A stretch of 64,000 nt of DNA from contig CBDCTH010000012.1 in NCBI GenBank assembly GCA_965222155.1, positions 2,944,001-3,008,000 of the forward strand, written 5' to 3'. The notes below the pieces were generated by a model, which searched no databases, was not told the origin of the DNA, and saw nothing but the letters and a program-made list of their open reading frames with translations. Positions 51,007-63,313 of the stretch are shown one piece after another. Position 1 is the first letter of the stretch. The number at the start of each line of letters is the position of its first letter. The stretch is from Gammaproteobacteria bacterium. Lineage in GTDB: Bacteria > Pseudomonadota > Gammaproteobacteria > Eutrophobiales > Eutrophobiaceae. The translations under genes and the position numbers were made by a program.

Positions 51007-52068
51007 ATGCATATAGAATGGCTGCAGGTCAGAAATGTTCGTAATTTGTCCAACCTGAGGATTGAGCCGAACCCTGAGCTCAATATCATTTGCGGCCCCA
51101 ACGGCAGTGGAAAGACAGCGCTGCTGGAAGCCATACATTTTCTAGGTCGATGCCGTTCTTTCCGCACTACCGGGATAAACCGCGTTATTCGCCATCACCA
51201 AAAAGAATTACGGGTCAGCGCCGGCATGCGCATGCCGGATCAGTCTCTTATAGTAACCGGGGTTGAGCGCAGCAGAGTAGCAATAAACATTCGTTATAAT
51301 AACCGGACTGTCCGCAAGGTATCTGAACAGGCCGCACAAATTCCGGTTATCACAATAACCCCAGATAGCCACAGGTTGGTTTCCGGAAGCCCCGTGTACC
51401 GCAGGCGATGGCTGGATTGGGCAATGTTCCACGTGAAACCAAACTATATTGAGACCTGGCGGGATTACTATAAGGCATTGAAAAACCGAAACAGTTTGTT
51501 AAGGCGCAACAAAACCGAACAGCTTGAAACCTGGGAACAGGCAATGAGTCAGGCAGCCGAGAAAATAAATGCGCAAAGAAACACGTTCATTACTGAGTTA
51601 TCTAACGAAATGATACGAACCGCACAGCAACTGGAGATACCGGCGGCGACACTTGAGTATGACCGCGGCTGGCAACCCGAAGAAGATCTGGCACAAGTCC
51701 TGGCAACGCAGCGAAAGGCGGATTTGGAAAGAAGGGTTACCCGGTATGGCGCCCACAGGAGCGATTTGATGATCCGTCAGGACGGGAGAGATATAGGTCA
51801 CTTTTATTCTCGCGGACAGATCAAGCTATGTATTATTGCATTATCACTGGCCCAGGAGAGTGTGTACAGAGACAGGACGGGCCGGCCTCCCATCATCCTG
51901 CTCGACGATTTTGCGGCAGAGTTGGATGTGGGTGGCCAGCAATGTGTCATTGACGTGCTGTCGAGCCTGGGAGGACAGGTTTTCATCACTACAACAGGAA
52001 AGATTCCGGTGCGCGCAAAAAAAAAGCAGAAAATGTTTCACGTGGAACAAGGAGAAATCGTAGTGTGA
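51007..52068 (+). CDS. recF: DNA replication/repair protein RecF
   Basis: GPNGSGKT, GAHRSD, SRGQ.K, LLDDFAAELD. Confidence 0.96.
   Translation: MHIEWLQVRNVRNLSNLRIEPNPELNIICGPNGSGKTALLEAIHFLGRCRSFRTTGINRVIRHHQKELRVSAGMRMPDQSLIVTGVERSRVAINIRYNNRTVRKVSEQAAQIPVITITPDSHRLVSGSPVYRRRWLDWAMFHVKPNYIETWRDYYKALKNRNSLLRRNKTEQLETWEQAMSQAAEKINAQRNTFITELSNEMIRTAQQLEIPAATLEYDRGWQPEEDLAQVLATQRKADLERRVTRYGAHRSDLMIRQDGRDIGHFYSRGQIKLCIIALSLAQESVYRDRTGRPPIILLDDFAAELDVGGQQCVIDVLSSLGGQVFITTTGKIPVRAKKKQKMFHVEQGEIVV
51425..51440. promoter_or_regulatory. parS site within recF
   Basis: TGTTCCACGTGAAACC versus consensus TGTTNCACGTGAAACA. Confidence 0.75.
52034..52049. promoter_or_regulatory. parS site within the recF 3' end
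   Basis: TGTTTCACGTGGAACA matches the parS consensus. Confidence 0.85.
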
Positions 52069-52142
52069 CGAGACGTTCCTTTGACGCCATTGATTATGTT
52101 GCGGCGAACAACGGCAATATGATAAAATGCGTCTTTTGTTAA

Positions 52143-54557
<2,415 letters not shown>

Positions 54558-55238
54558 TCAAGAACTGTACGGCGCGGCGCGGGCCAGGCACCAAAGTTGC
54601 ACCTGTTCGCTGCCGTGGCGTTTCAGCAACCGAGCCAGTTCATTCGCGGTGGCGCCGGTTGTCAGAACGTCGTCCACGATGGCGACACTTCTGTAGTTGT
54701 TTGATTTTATTAAAGAAAAAGCAGACTTAACGTTTCTTTCCCGGTGTTCGGGGCGCAAGTCATACTGCTGCGCCGTGGCCTTGTGTCTTCGCACCAGACG
54801 ATCATCAACGGGCAGGAATAAATTTTGCGCGAGGACGCGGGCGATTTCCCTGGCCTGGTTGAATCCCCGGCTGCGCTGACGAGAACTGTGCAACGGCGTC
54901 GGTACAAGACAATCAGGCAGCTCAAAACATTCAAGCCTTATCCGCTCAATCAGAGGCCGGGACAGCGAACGGACCATATCCAGCCGCGCCTGGTATTTCA
55001 GTCTTTTTATCATCAGGTCTACAGGGTAGCGATACATGCTGCCGGCAATACAGCAATCAAACGCCGGGGGGCGAGCGAAGCAGCGGATACAGATGCCGGT
55101 ATCAGACGCCGGCACACCGCAACAAAGACATACTCCTGCAGGTCGGGACGGCAGATCTGTGTAACAATCCTGACAGAATTGGCCCGTTGCCGCGCCATCA
55201 AGGGCGCCGCAGAGAATGCATGGGCTACGGATCAACAT
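54558..55238 (-). CDS. comF: ComF/GntX phosphoribosyltransferase-like protein
   Basis: N-terminal CxxC pairs, RGFNQA, IVDDVLTTGAT; divergent from bioB. Confidence 0.92.
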   Translation of the reverse strand: MLIRSPCILCGALDGAATGQFCQDCYTDLPSRPAGVCLCCGVPASDTGICIRCFARPPAFDCCIAGSMYRYPVDLMIKRLKYQARLDMVRSLSRPLIERIRLECFELPDCLVPTPLHSSRQRSRGFNQAREIARVLAQNLFLPVDDRLVRRHKATAQQYDLRPEHRERNVKSAFSLIKSNNYRSVAIVDDVLTTGATANELARLLKRHGSEQVQLWCLARAAPYSS

Positions 55239-55260
55239 GCCGGGTTATATTTGAAACTGT

Positions 55261-55291
55261 TGTCAGCCTGCATGGGAGGGAACAGTTGACA
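55261..55291. promoter_or_regulatory. Putative BirA operator
   Basis: TGTCAGCC-N15-AGTTGACA just upstream of bioB; fits the proteobacterial TGT(A/C)AACC-N14/15-GGTT(T/G)ACA pattern. Confidence 0.7.
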
Positions 55292-55321
55292 ACTCTCGAT
55301 TCAACGATAACATATTGATCC

Positions 55322-56344
55322 ATGGTTACTGACGAAACAGTTTTAGGAATTGATCCGTTCCCTGCTCCAAGACACGACTGGAGCCTGGCAGAAATCTTAA
55401 CACTTTACCGGCAGCCGATGAATGATTTATTGCACCGGGCGCAGTCAGTCCACCGCAGTTGCTTCGACCCCAATGAAATTCAGTTAAGCACCTTGCTCAA
55501 TATCAAAAGCGGCGGTTGTCCGGAAGACTGTGCCTATTGCCCGCAGAGCGTGCGTTATAAAACCGGCGTGGAGAGTGAAACCCTGATGTCCTGCGAACAG
55601 GTGCTGGAAGCAGCCCGGCGCGCCAAAGCATCGGGCGCAGGCCGGTTTTGTATGGGCGCAGCCTGGCGCAGTCCGAAAGACAGGGATATCGACAAGGTCG
55701 CTGAGATGATCGCAGGGGTCAAGCAACTCGGGCTTGAAACATGTGTTACTCTCGGGATGTTGAAGCCCGGGCAGCCGGAACGCCTGAAACACGCCGGCCT
55801 GGATTACTACAACCATAATCTCGACACGTCCGAGAGCTTCTACGAAACGATAATCAGCACCCGGACCTACCAGGATCGGCTGGACACGCTGCAAGCAGTT
55901 CGTGATGCCGGGATCAATGTTTGCTGTGGCGGTATTATCGGGATGGGTGAGTCCGTTGACGACAGGGCCGCCCTGTTGCAAACGCTGGCATGCCTGCCCC
56001 AACACCCGGAGAGTGTGCCCATCAATACCCTGGTCCGGGTAACAGGCACGCCGCTGGCGGGAGAGGAAGAAACGGACCCCATGGAACTGGTAAGAACAGT
56101 CGCTACGGCGCGCATCCTCATGCCCCGCGCGTATGTACGCTTATCCGCGGGGCGTACTGAGATGAGCGATGCGACCCAGGCGCTGTGCTTTTATGCCGGG
56201 GCGAATTCCATTTTTTACGGAGACAAGCTGCTGACTACCGACAACCCGCAATTTTCCAGAGATCAATCCCTGTTTGAACGATTGGGGTTGACTGCCAGCA
56301 CGGATATTGCATCTGGAGAAGCGCCAGCCGCGCAGAATTTTTGA
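55322..56344 (+). CDS. bioB: Biotin synthase
   Basis: [31 protein letters not shown]. Confidence 0.98.
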   Translation: MVTDETVLGIDPFPAPRHDWSLAEILTLYRQPMNDLLHRAQSVHRSCFDPNEIQLSTLLNIKSGGCPEDCAYCPQSVRYKTGVESETLMSCEQVLEAARRAKASGAGRFCMGAAWRSPKDRDIDKVAEMIAGVKQLGLETCVTLGMLKPGQPERLKHAGLDYYNHNLDTSESFYETIISTRTYQDRLDTLQAVRDAGINVCCGGIIGMGESVDDRAALLQTLACLPQHPESVPINTLVRVTGTPLAGEEETDPMELVRTVATARILMPRAYVRLSAGRTEMSDATQALCFYAGANSIFYGDKLLTTDNPQFSRDQSLFERLGLTASTDIASGEAPAAQNF

Positions 56345-57525
56345 TGTCTGCTTCCACGCCGGCCGATCCTTTTTCACTGGCAAAAAGATTGGACGTAATC
56401 AAGTCCGCCGGCCTGTTCCGCACAAGACAAGTCATTGCTTCCGCGCAGGGCGCGCTTATCCATGCCGACGGCCGCCGGTACGTCAATTTTTCCAGCAACG
56501 ACTACCTTGGTCTGGCCAATGACGCCAGGCTGGTGGAAGCTGTTCAGTCCGCGGTCGCGGTCTACGGGGTGGGCAGTGGCGCTTCACAGCTGATCTGTGG
56601 CCGAAGCCGCGCCCACGAACAACTGGAACAGGCGCTGGCAGCACAACTGGGTCGCTCCCGGGCCGTGATTTTTTCAAGTGGCTACCTGGCCAACCTGGCC
56701 GTGATTACCGCCTTTGCCGCGCGCCGGGAGGATATCGTTGTAATGGACAGGGAAAGCCATGCTTCGCTGGTTGACGGCGCATTGCTGGCCCGGGCAAGCT
56801 TGCGCCGCTATGTGCATAATGACGTGACGGATCTGGAAAACCTGTGTTCGGAAAGCCGTACCCTGGTGGCAACGGAAGGCGTGTTCAGTATGAGCGGCAA
56901 TATCGCCGCGCTGCCTGACATTGTATCGGTTTGTGCAAAACGCCGCGCCTTGCTTGCTGTAGATGACGCGCACGGTTTCGGCATCCTGGGGAAAACCGGC
57001 GGCGGCGCGCTGGAGCATTTTTCTCTGGATCAGGACCAGGTTCCCATATTGATGGCGACGTTCGCCAAAGCCTGTGGCGTAATGGGGGCCTTCGTGGCCG
57101 GCCCGGAGGATGTGATAGAAACCATTATCCAGACAGGCCGGTCCTATATTTACACAACTGCCATGCCGCCGGCCCTTGCGGCAGCGGCAGCCAAAGCGTT
57201 GGCCATTGTGGCCCGGGAATCCTGGCGCCGCGACAAACTGCGGGGACTGGTGGACAGGTTTATCCGGGGAGCGAAGCAACTGGAACTGCCGCTATTGGCA
57301 TCGTCTACGCCCATACAGGGGTTTCTCGTCGGCAGTGCTGCGGCAGCTGTAACAGGTAGAGACTACGCCCGGGCCAGGGGGCTCTGGGTAAGCGCAATTC
57401 GCCCCCCCACCGTAGCGAAAAACACCGAGCGGCTCAGGATAACACTGACAGCCGGTCATAACGACGATCAGGTAGACCGGTTGCTCGACACGCTGGCGCA
57501 ACTGAAAAAGAAGTTATGGCCATGA
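56344..57525 (+). CDS. bioF: 8-amino-7-oxononanoate synthase
   Basis: FSSNDYLGLA, SGYLAN, HASLVDG, VDDAHG, TFAKA, IRPPTV. Confidence 0.96.
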   Translation: MSASTPADPFSLAKRLDVIKSAGLFRTRQVIASAQGALIHADGRRYVNFSSNDYLGLANDARLVEAVQSAVAVYGVGSGASQLICGRSRAHEQLEQALAAQLGRSRAVIFSSGYLANLAVITAFAARREDIVVMDRESHASLVDGALLARASLRRYVHNDVTDLENLCSESRTLVATEGVFSMSGNIAALPDIVSVCAKRRALLAVDDAHGFGILGKTGGGALEHFSLDQDQVPILMATFAKACGVMGAFVAGPEDVIETIIQTGRSYIYTTAMPPALAAAAAKALAIVARESWRRDKLRGLVDRFIRGAKQLELPLLASSTPIQGFLVGSAAAAVTGRDYARARGLWVSAIRPPTVAKNTERLRITLTAGHNDDQVDRLLDTLAQLKKKLWP

Positions 57526-58391
57526 TCGACGCCCCATTCCAGAGGGAAAAAGCCACAATACGGCGCAACTTCGACGGCGCAGCAGACAGCTATGACCAGG
57601 TTGCCGTACTGCAACAGATTGTTGGAGAGCACCTGTTGCAAAAGCTGGAGGCGATCAAACTGAAGCCGGCGCGCATTGTTGACCTGGGGTCGGGAACCGG
57701 CAGTTTATCCGTGCTGTTGGCCGGATGTTATGAGGCGGCCCATGTCCTGCAATTGGATCTTGCTTTTAACATGTTGTTAAAGTCCAGGCTCAAGAACAGG
57801 CCCGAAAGCCGGCAAAGCCTGCTTTGTGGTGACGCGGAACACCTGCCTTTGGCCGACAACAGCGTGGACTTTGCCTTCTCCAACCTGACGCTACAATGGG
57901 TCTCCCTGCTGGACCAGGCGTTTGCTGAGATTTATCGGTCATTGCGTCCCGGCGGGCTACTGCTGTTTTCCACGTTCGGTCCGGACACCTTGATGGAATT
58001 GCGCAACAGCTGGGCCAGGGTGGATGATTATGTCCATGTAAACGCGTTCACGGATATGCACGATGCAGGTGATGCGCTGGTACGGGCAGGGTTCGTCGAT
58101 CCGGTCATGGAAACTGAGACGTTTACCCTGGTTTATGACAGCGGCCGCGCGCTGATGCGGGAGTTGAAGACCCTCGGGGCGGGCAACGTGAACGCAGGCC
58201 GGAGCCGGTCACTGACCGGCAAACATAAACTTCAGGCTATGCTGGAGGAATATGTAAACAGATACGGAAATGATGGTCTGCCGGCAACGTTCGAAGCGGT
58301 TTACGGTCATGCCTGGGTGCCGGAAACCAAGCATATTCAACGGGAAGGGCAGGAGTTTCCCCTCACCTTCCGCAGGCATAGGGCGCCGTAG
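57522..58391 (+). CDS. bioC: Malonyl-ACP O-methyltransferase
   Basis: AADSYD, DLGSGTG, SNLTLQW, STFGPDTL.EL, HVNAF.DMHD.GD. Confidence 0.95.
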   Translation: MIDAPFQREKATIRRNFDGAADSYDQVAVLQQIVGEHLLQKLEAIKLKPARIVDLGSGTGSLSVLLAGCYEAAHVLQLDLAFNMLLKSRLKNRPESRQSLLCGDAEHLPLADNSVDFAFSNLTLQWVSLLDQAFAEIYRSLRPGGLLLFSTFGPDTLMELRNSWARVDDYVHVNAFTDMHDAGDALVRAGFVDPVMETETFTLVYDSGRALMRELKTLGAGNVNAGRSRSLTGKHKLQAMLEEYVNRYGNDGLPATFEAVYGHAWVPETKHIQREGQEFPLTFRRHRAP

Positions 58392-58395
58392 CAGC

Positions 58396-59088
58396 ATGCG
58401 CAACCTGTTTGTAACCGGTACCGATACCGGTGTCGGGAAAACCTGGGTGACACTTGCATTAATGGTGCAGTTTCAGGCACGAGGTCTGATAGTGAACGGC
58501 ATGAAACCAGTCGCCAGCGGCAGCCTGTTGCAGGAAGGGCAACTGAGAAACCCGGATGCCGTGCTGATCCGGAATCAATGCAGTCGGACAGTCCCCTATC
58601 AACAGGTAAATCCTTACGCATTCACGGAACCGGTTGCGCCCCACATTGCCGCACAGAAACAGCAGGTTGAGGTGAATATGCAACGTCTGGCAGCATCATT
58701 TTACGACTTGGCCGACGCGGCCGACAACATTATTGTGGAGGGGGTCGGCGGCTGGCGGGTAGCGTTGTCAGAGGGGATACAAACGGAAGACCTGGTACGG
58801 CGGTTGAATTTAGCCGTTGTCCTGGTGGTAGGGTTGCGTCTCGGTTGCATCAACCACGCGTTGCTTACGGCTGAATCCATACTCGCGGCAGGGCTGCCCT
58901 TCGCCGGCTGGCTGGGGAACGGCATTTGCCGTGATTATGCGGAAAAGCAGGCAACCCTGGATTACCTGTCCCGACAAATTCCGGCCCCGTACCTGGGAAA
59001 TATTCCCTGGTTGGATTATTATAATCCGGAGAAGATTGGCGCCGCGATCGAGATCGATAGACTGTTCCCCGGAGCCGTACAGGAATAA
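58396..59088 (+). CDS. bioD: Dethiobiotin synthase
   Basis: FVTGTDTGVGKT, KPVASG, VEGVGG, LGCINHALLT. Confidence 0.96.
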   Translation: MRNLFVTGTDTGVGKTWVTLALMVQFQARGLIVNGMKPVASGSLLQEGQLRNPDAVLIRNQCSRTVPYQQVNPYAFTEPVAPHIAAQKQQVEVNMQRLAASFYDLADAADNIIVEGVGGWRVALSEGIQTEDLVRRLNLAVVLVVGLRLGCINHALLTAESILAAGLPFAGWLGNGICRDYAEKQATLDYLSRQIPAPYLGNIPWLDYYNPEKIGAAIEIDRLFPGAVQE

Positions 59089-59268
59089 CAGCGAAATCGG
59101 CAGGCAGAGACAGCTGAATCGCCAGAAGAAGCGGGAACAAGCTGGATTATATAACGACACACTTGAATAATCGCGGGACTCTTATTATCCTTTTGCAACA
59201 TTTGCAATGTCAGGATGTAAAAAGTGTTGCGGTTGGGCTAACGGGTTGACATTGACGGATATAAGTGC

Positions 59269-59751
59269 ATGATCCATGAACTGAAAGCCTCGCAGGATCA
59301 GCGGCGCACCTTTGTGATTGCGCCGAACCAGTCGATGTCGTGGAAGGAATTGCTGTGGGCATACTGCAGTATAGCGGGGGTCTCCCTGGCTATTGCAATT
59401 TACTTCTGGGTACGGGGACTGACCCTGGTATTGCCGTTTTCGGGGTTGGAGTTACTGGCACTGGGCGCGGCACTCTATATAACCGCCTGGCGTGGTGGCG
59501 CGCGGGAGGTTATCACGATTACCGTTGACTCCGTACATGTGGAAACGGGCCGCACCGGGCCGCAGTTGCGCCATGACTTCCAGAGATACTGGACCAGGGT
59601 CGTGTTGCGGCGCCCCTGGGTCGCCTGGCATCCGAGTAAACTGTTGCTGTGTTCCCGCGGCAGGGAAATCGAGGTTGGCCGGTTTCTCAATGAAGAGGAA
59701 CGCAGGGGGCTGGCAGAAGTTTTACGATCTGCAATAAACCGACACGCCTGA
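59269..59751 (+). CDS. DUF2244 membrane protein
   Basis: PNQSMS, VLPFSGLE, EIEVGRFLNEEER; commonly next to cox genes. Confidence 0.88.
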   Translation: MIHELKASQDQRRTFVIAPNQSMSWKELLWAYCSIAGVSLAIAIYFWVRGLTLVLPFSGLELLALGAALYITAWRGGAREVITITVDSVHVETGRTGPQLRHDFQRYWTRVVLRRPWVAWHPSKLLLCSRGREIEVGRFLNEEERRGLAEVLRSAINRHA

Positions 59752-59796
59752 TGGTGTGGAGCATAAGATGATAACAATGACGCTGAGGAAAACAGC

Positions 59797-60936
59797 ATGT
59801 CTGGTAGAAACATGAAACTTTTTTTGGGAGCGATTATTTCCCTGCTGTTATTGATAATGCAGCCGGCATGGGCGGAATACGGTCTGAACCTGCCGGAGGG
59901 CGTGACCCCACTGAGTCGTAATATATACGACCTGCACATGACGATATTTTATATTTGTTGCGTCATTGCCGCGCTGGTTTTCGGGATTATGTTCTGGTCC
60001 ATTTTCCGCCACAGGAAAGCCCGCGGCGCACAAGCCGCCCAGTTTCACCACAACACCACAGTGGAAATCATCTGGACCGCGATCCCGATGCTTATCCTGA
60101 TCCTCATGGCCATTCCCGCCACCAAATCCCTGATAATGATCGAATCCACCGGTGATTCCGACCTGACCATCAAGGTAACCGGTTATCAATGGCGCTGGCA
60201 TTATGAGTATATCGATGAGGAATTCGGCTTTTTCAGCAGCCTGGCGCCGGAAAGCAATGAGGCCAGACAACTCAAGTCAGGCATTGATCCCAACGAGATA
60301 GAAAACTATCTGCTTGAAGTGGATAATCCCGTCGTCGTGCCGGTTGGACAGAAAATCCGCTTTATGACCACGGCCGCGGATGTCATCCACTCCTGGTGGG
60401 TACCGGCCCTGGGCTGGAAGCGTGATTCCATTCCCGGGTTCATCAACGAATCCTGGGCTATTATTGAAGAGGAAGGCACTTATCGGGGGCAATGTTCGGA
60501 GTTATGCGGACGCGACCACGCGTTCATGCCGATTGTCCTGAAGGCCGTCAGCGAAGACGAGTATTATGAGTGGGCGGGGAATATGATGGTGACGGCTATG
60601 GATGCTGACGCCGGGGCCGACCGCGATTGGGCTATGGCTGAGTTAATGGAGCGCGGCGAGCAGGTATACAGTACGTTTTGTGTTGCCTGTCACCAGGTCA
60701 ACGGGCAGGGCATCCCCGGCGCATTCAAACCCCTGGTCGGCAGTCCCGTCACCACGGGGCCGGTGGAAGGCCATATTGATACCGTAATGAACGGGGTGGC
60801 CGGCACTGCCATGGCGCCGTTCGGCATGCAACTGGGTGACGTGGACATTGCTGCGGTGATCACCTACGAACGCAATTCCTGGGGCAATGACTCCGGGGAA
60901 GCGGTTCAGCCGTCAACAATCGCCGCCAGCCGCTGA
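59797..60936 (+). CDS. coxB: Cytochrome c oxidase subunit II with fused C-terminal cytochrome c
   Basis: GYQWRW, DVIHSW, CSELCGRDHAFM (CuA), CVACH heme c motif. Confidence 0.96.
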   Translation: MSGRNMKLFLGAIISLLLLIMQPAWAEYGLNLPEGVTPLSRNIYDLHMTIFYICCVIAALVFGIMFWSIFRHRKARGAQAAQFHHNTTVEIIWTAIPMLILILMAIPATKSLIMIESTGDSDLTIKVTGYQWRWHYEYIDEEFGFFSSLAPESNEARQLKSGIDPNEIENYLLEVDNPVVVPVGQKIRFMTTAADVIHSWWVPALGWKRDSIPGFINESWAIIEEEGTYRGQCSELCGRDHAFMPIVLKAVSEDEYYEWAGNMMVTAMDADAGADRDWAMAELMERGEQVYSTFCVACHQVNGQGIPGAFKPLVGSPVTTGPVEGHIDTVMNGVAGTAMAPFGMQLGDVDIAAVITYERNSWGNDSGEAVQPSTIAASR

Positions 60937-60977
60937 CGCATTGCGGAACCGAGAACAGAGTACACGAGGGTAACAGC

Positions 60978-62579
60978 ATGAGCTACGCTGCAACGCATGA
61001 ACATCACCACGATGATCACGATCACAAGCCTGCCGGCCTGGGCCGTTGGCTGTTTTCAACCAACCACAAGGATATCGGCACCATGTACCTGGTGTTTGCC
61101 CTGATCATGTTCTTTATCGGCGGCGCCATGGCCATGGTGGTACGCGCGGAGTTGTTCCAGCCGGGCCTGCAGTACGTGGACCCGCAGTTCTTTAATGCCA
61201 TGACGACCATGCACGCGCTGGTCATGATATTCGGCGTGATCATGCCCGCCGGTGTAGGGCTGGCCAACTGGATGGTACCCATGATGATCGGCGCGCCAGA
61301 CATGGCGCTGCCGCGCATGAACAATATGAGTTTCTGGATCCTGCCGTTTGCCTTTACCATGCTGCTGTCAACGTTCTTCATGGAGGGCGGCGCGCCGGCA
61401 GGTGGCTGGACCATGTATCCGCCCCTCATAACCCAACTTGGCGACGGCTTCCCGTTCCTGATTTTTACCGTGCATTTTCTTGGTATTTCTTCCATCATGG
61501 GCGCTATTAACATCATCGCTACCGTGTTCAACATGCGCGCCCCGGGTATGGGCTTTATGCAATTGCCGCTGTTCGTATGGACCTGGATCATTACCGCGTT
61601 CCTGCTCATCGCGGCGATGCCGGTACTGGCCGGCGCGGTGACCATGCTGTTGACGGACAAGTATTTCGGCACCAGCTTCTTCGCTGCGGCCGGCGGCGGC
61701 GACCCGATCATGTTCCAGCACATTTTCTGGTTCTTCGGCCATCCGGAAGTGTATATCCTGATCCTGCCGGCGTTCGGCATCGTCTCGCAGATTATTCCGA
61801 CATTTTCCCGCAAACCCCTGTTCGGTTACGTGTCCATGGTGTATGCCACCGCGGCCATTGCCTTTCTGTCGTTTTTTGTCTGGGCGCATCACATGTTTAC
61901 CGTGGGCATGCCCCTGGCCGGCGAGTTGTTCTTCATGTATGCGACCATGTCCATCGCCGTGCCTACCGGGGTCAAGGTCTTCAACTGGATTGCCACCATG
62001 TGGCGCGGCGCCATGACGTTTGAGACCCCCATGCTGTTCGCCCTCGCCTTTGTGTTCCTGTTCTCCATCGGCGGGTTTTCCGGGTTGATGCTGGGGATCA
62101 CCCCTGCGGACTTCCAGTACCACGACACCTATTTTGTCGTTGCCCATTTTCACTATGTGCTGGTTACCGGCGCCCTGTTTGCCCTTATGGGAGGCGCGTA
62201 TTTCTGGCTGCCCAAGTGGACCGGCCACATGTATGACGAGACGCTCGGGAAAATCCATTTCTGGATTTCGGTCATCTCGGTCAACGTACTGTTTTTCCCA
62301 CAGCACTTCCTGGGACTGGCAGGCATGCCACGGCGTATCCCGGATTACGCCGTGCAATTTTCCGAGTGGAACATGATTTCCAGCATCGGCGGTTTTGTTT
62401 TCGGGATCAGCCAGTTGCTGTTCGTCTGGATTATCATCAAGTGCGTGCGCGCGGGCAAAAAGGCGGACGAGCGGGTATGGGAAGGAGCGCGGGGCCTGGA
62501 GTGGACGTTGCCGTCGCCGCCGCCGTTCCATACGTTTACCGTTCCGCCCAAAGTGGATGCGACTGCTACACATTCATGA
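60978..62579 (+). CDS. coxA: Cytochrome c oxidase subunit I (A1 type)
   Basis: HKDIG, WFFGHPEVY, VWAHH, VAHFHY, GMPRR. Confidence 0.98.
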   Translation: MSYAATHEHHHDDHDHKPAGLGRWLFSTNHKDIGTMYLVFALIMFFIGGAMAMVVRAELFQPGLQYVDPQFFNAMTTMHALVMIFGVIMPAGVGLANWMVPMMIGAPDMALPRMNNMSFWILPFAFTMLLSTFFMEGGAPAGGWTMYPPLITQLGDGFPFLIFTVHFLGISSIMGAINIIATVFNMRAPGMGFMQLPLFVWTWIITAFLLIAAMPVLAGAVTMLLTDKYFGTSFFAAAGGGDPIMFQHIFWFFGHPEVYILILPAFGIVSQIIPTFSRKPLFGYVSMVYATAAIAFLSFFVWAHHMFTVGMPLAGELFFMYATMSIAVPTGVKVFNWIATMWRGAMTFETPMLFALAFVFLFSIGGFSGLMLGITPADFQYHDTYFVVAHFHYVLVTGALFALMGGAYFWLPKWTGHMYDETLGKIHFWISVISVNVLFFPQHFLGLAGMPRRIPDYAVQFSEWNMISSIGGFVFGISQLLFVWIIIKCVRAGKKADERVWEGARGLEWTLPSPPPFHTFTVPPKVDATATHS

Positions 62580-62588
62580 CAGGTGCGC

Positions 62589-62720
62589 GTGGACAGGGAA
62601 CCCGACAACAATGAAAGTGAACTCGTTGCCCGCCGCCGCAAGGCAAATGTGCGCCTTGCCCTGTTGCTGGCCCTGGTCGCGGCTGTGATATATTTCGGGT
62701 TTATACTGAGCCATTTATAG
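62589..62720 (+). CDS. Small single-TM oxidase-associated protein (not in ORF track)
   Basis: GTG-DREPDNNESELVARRRKANVRLALLLALVAAVIYFGFILSHL*, fills the coxA-ctaG gap. Confidence 0.75.
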   Translation: MDREPDNNESELVARRRKANVRLALLLALVAAVIYFGFILSHL

Positions 62721-62727
62721 TCTCATC

Positions 62728-63279
62728 ATGTCCGATAAAAACGTCAACAGGACCGTACGCAAGCTGCTTCTCGCAGCAGTCGGCATGTTCGCCTTCGGCT
62801 ATGCGCTGGTGCCGCTCTACCGGGTTTATTGCGACCTTACCGGGCGCGGCAGCAACAACGCCGTCGACGAAACTGTAGCCGCGCTGAGCGAGATCGATGC
62901 CGAGCGCCTGGTGACGGTGGTCCTGGATACCAATACCAGGGATATTCCCTGGACGTTCAAGGCTGAGCGGCACAAGAAAAAGGTCCGCCCGGGAGAATTG
63001 TCCGAAGCTGTGTTCGTGGTTGAAAACCTCTCCGGACGGACGGTAACGGGACGTGCGATACCCAGTGTCTCGCCGGTACAGGCGGGCATGTATCTCAGCA
63101 AGTTGGACTGTTTTTGCTTTTCCGAACAGGTCCTGGCACCGGGGGAAACCAGGGTGATGCAGGTAAGGTTTATTGTCGATACCGATTTACCGGAACGGTT
63201 TTCATCGCTGACGCTGTCGTATACCTTCTTTGACGTGGGGGACAGGGCGGCAGACGGCACACGAGAAGCCAATTCCTGA
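62728..63279 (+). CDS. ctaG: Cytochrome c oxidase assembly protein CtaG/Cox11
   Basis: FGYALVPLY..C..TG, KLDCFCF, LTLSYTFF. Confidence 0.95.
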   Translation: MSDKNVNRTVRKLLLAAVGMFAFGYALVPLYRVYCDLTGRGSNNAVDETVAALSEIDAERLVTVVLDTNTRDIPWTFKAERHKKKVRPGELSEAVFVVENLSGRTVTGRAIPSVSPVQAGMYLSKLDCFCFSEQVLAPGETRVMQVRFIVDTDLPERFSSLTLSYTFFDVGDRAADGTREANS

Positions 63280-63313
63280 TAACGAAAGACGCTGATAAAT
63301 TCGAGGAACACAC

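Noticed and set aside
61368-62573. 401-aa minus-strand ORF
   Set aside because: Antisense to coxA, a codon-bias artefact.
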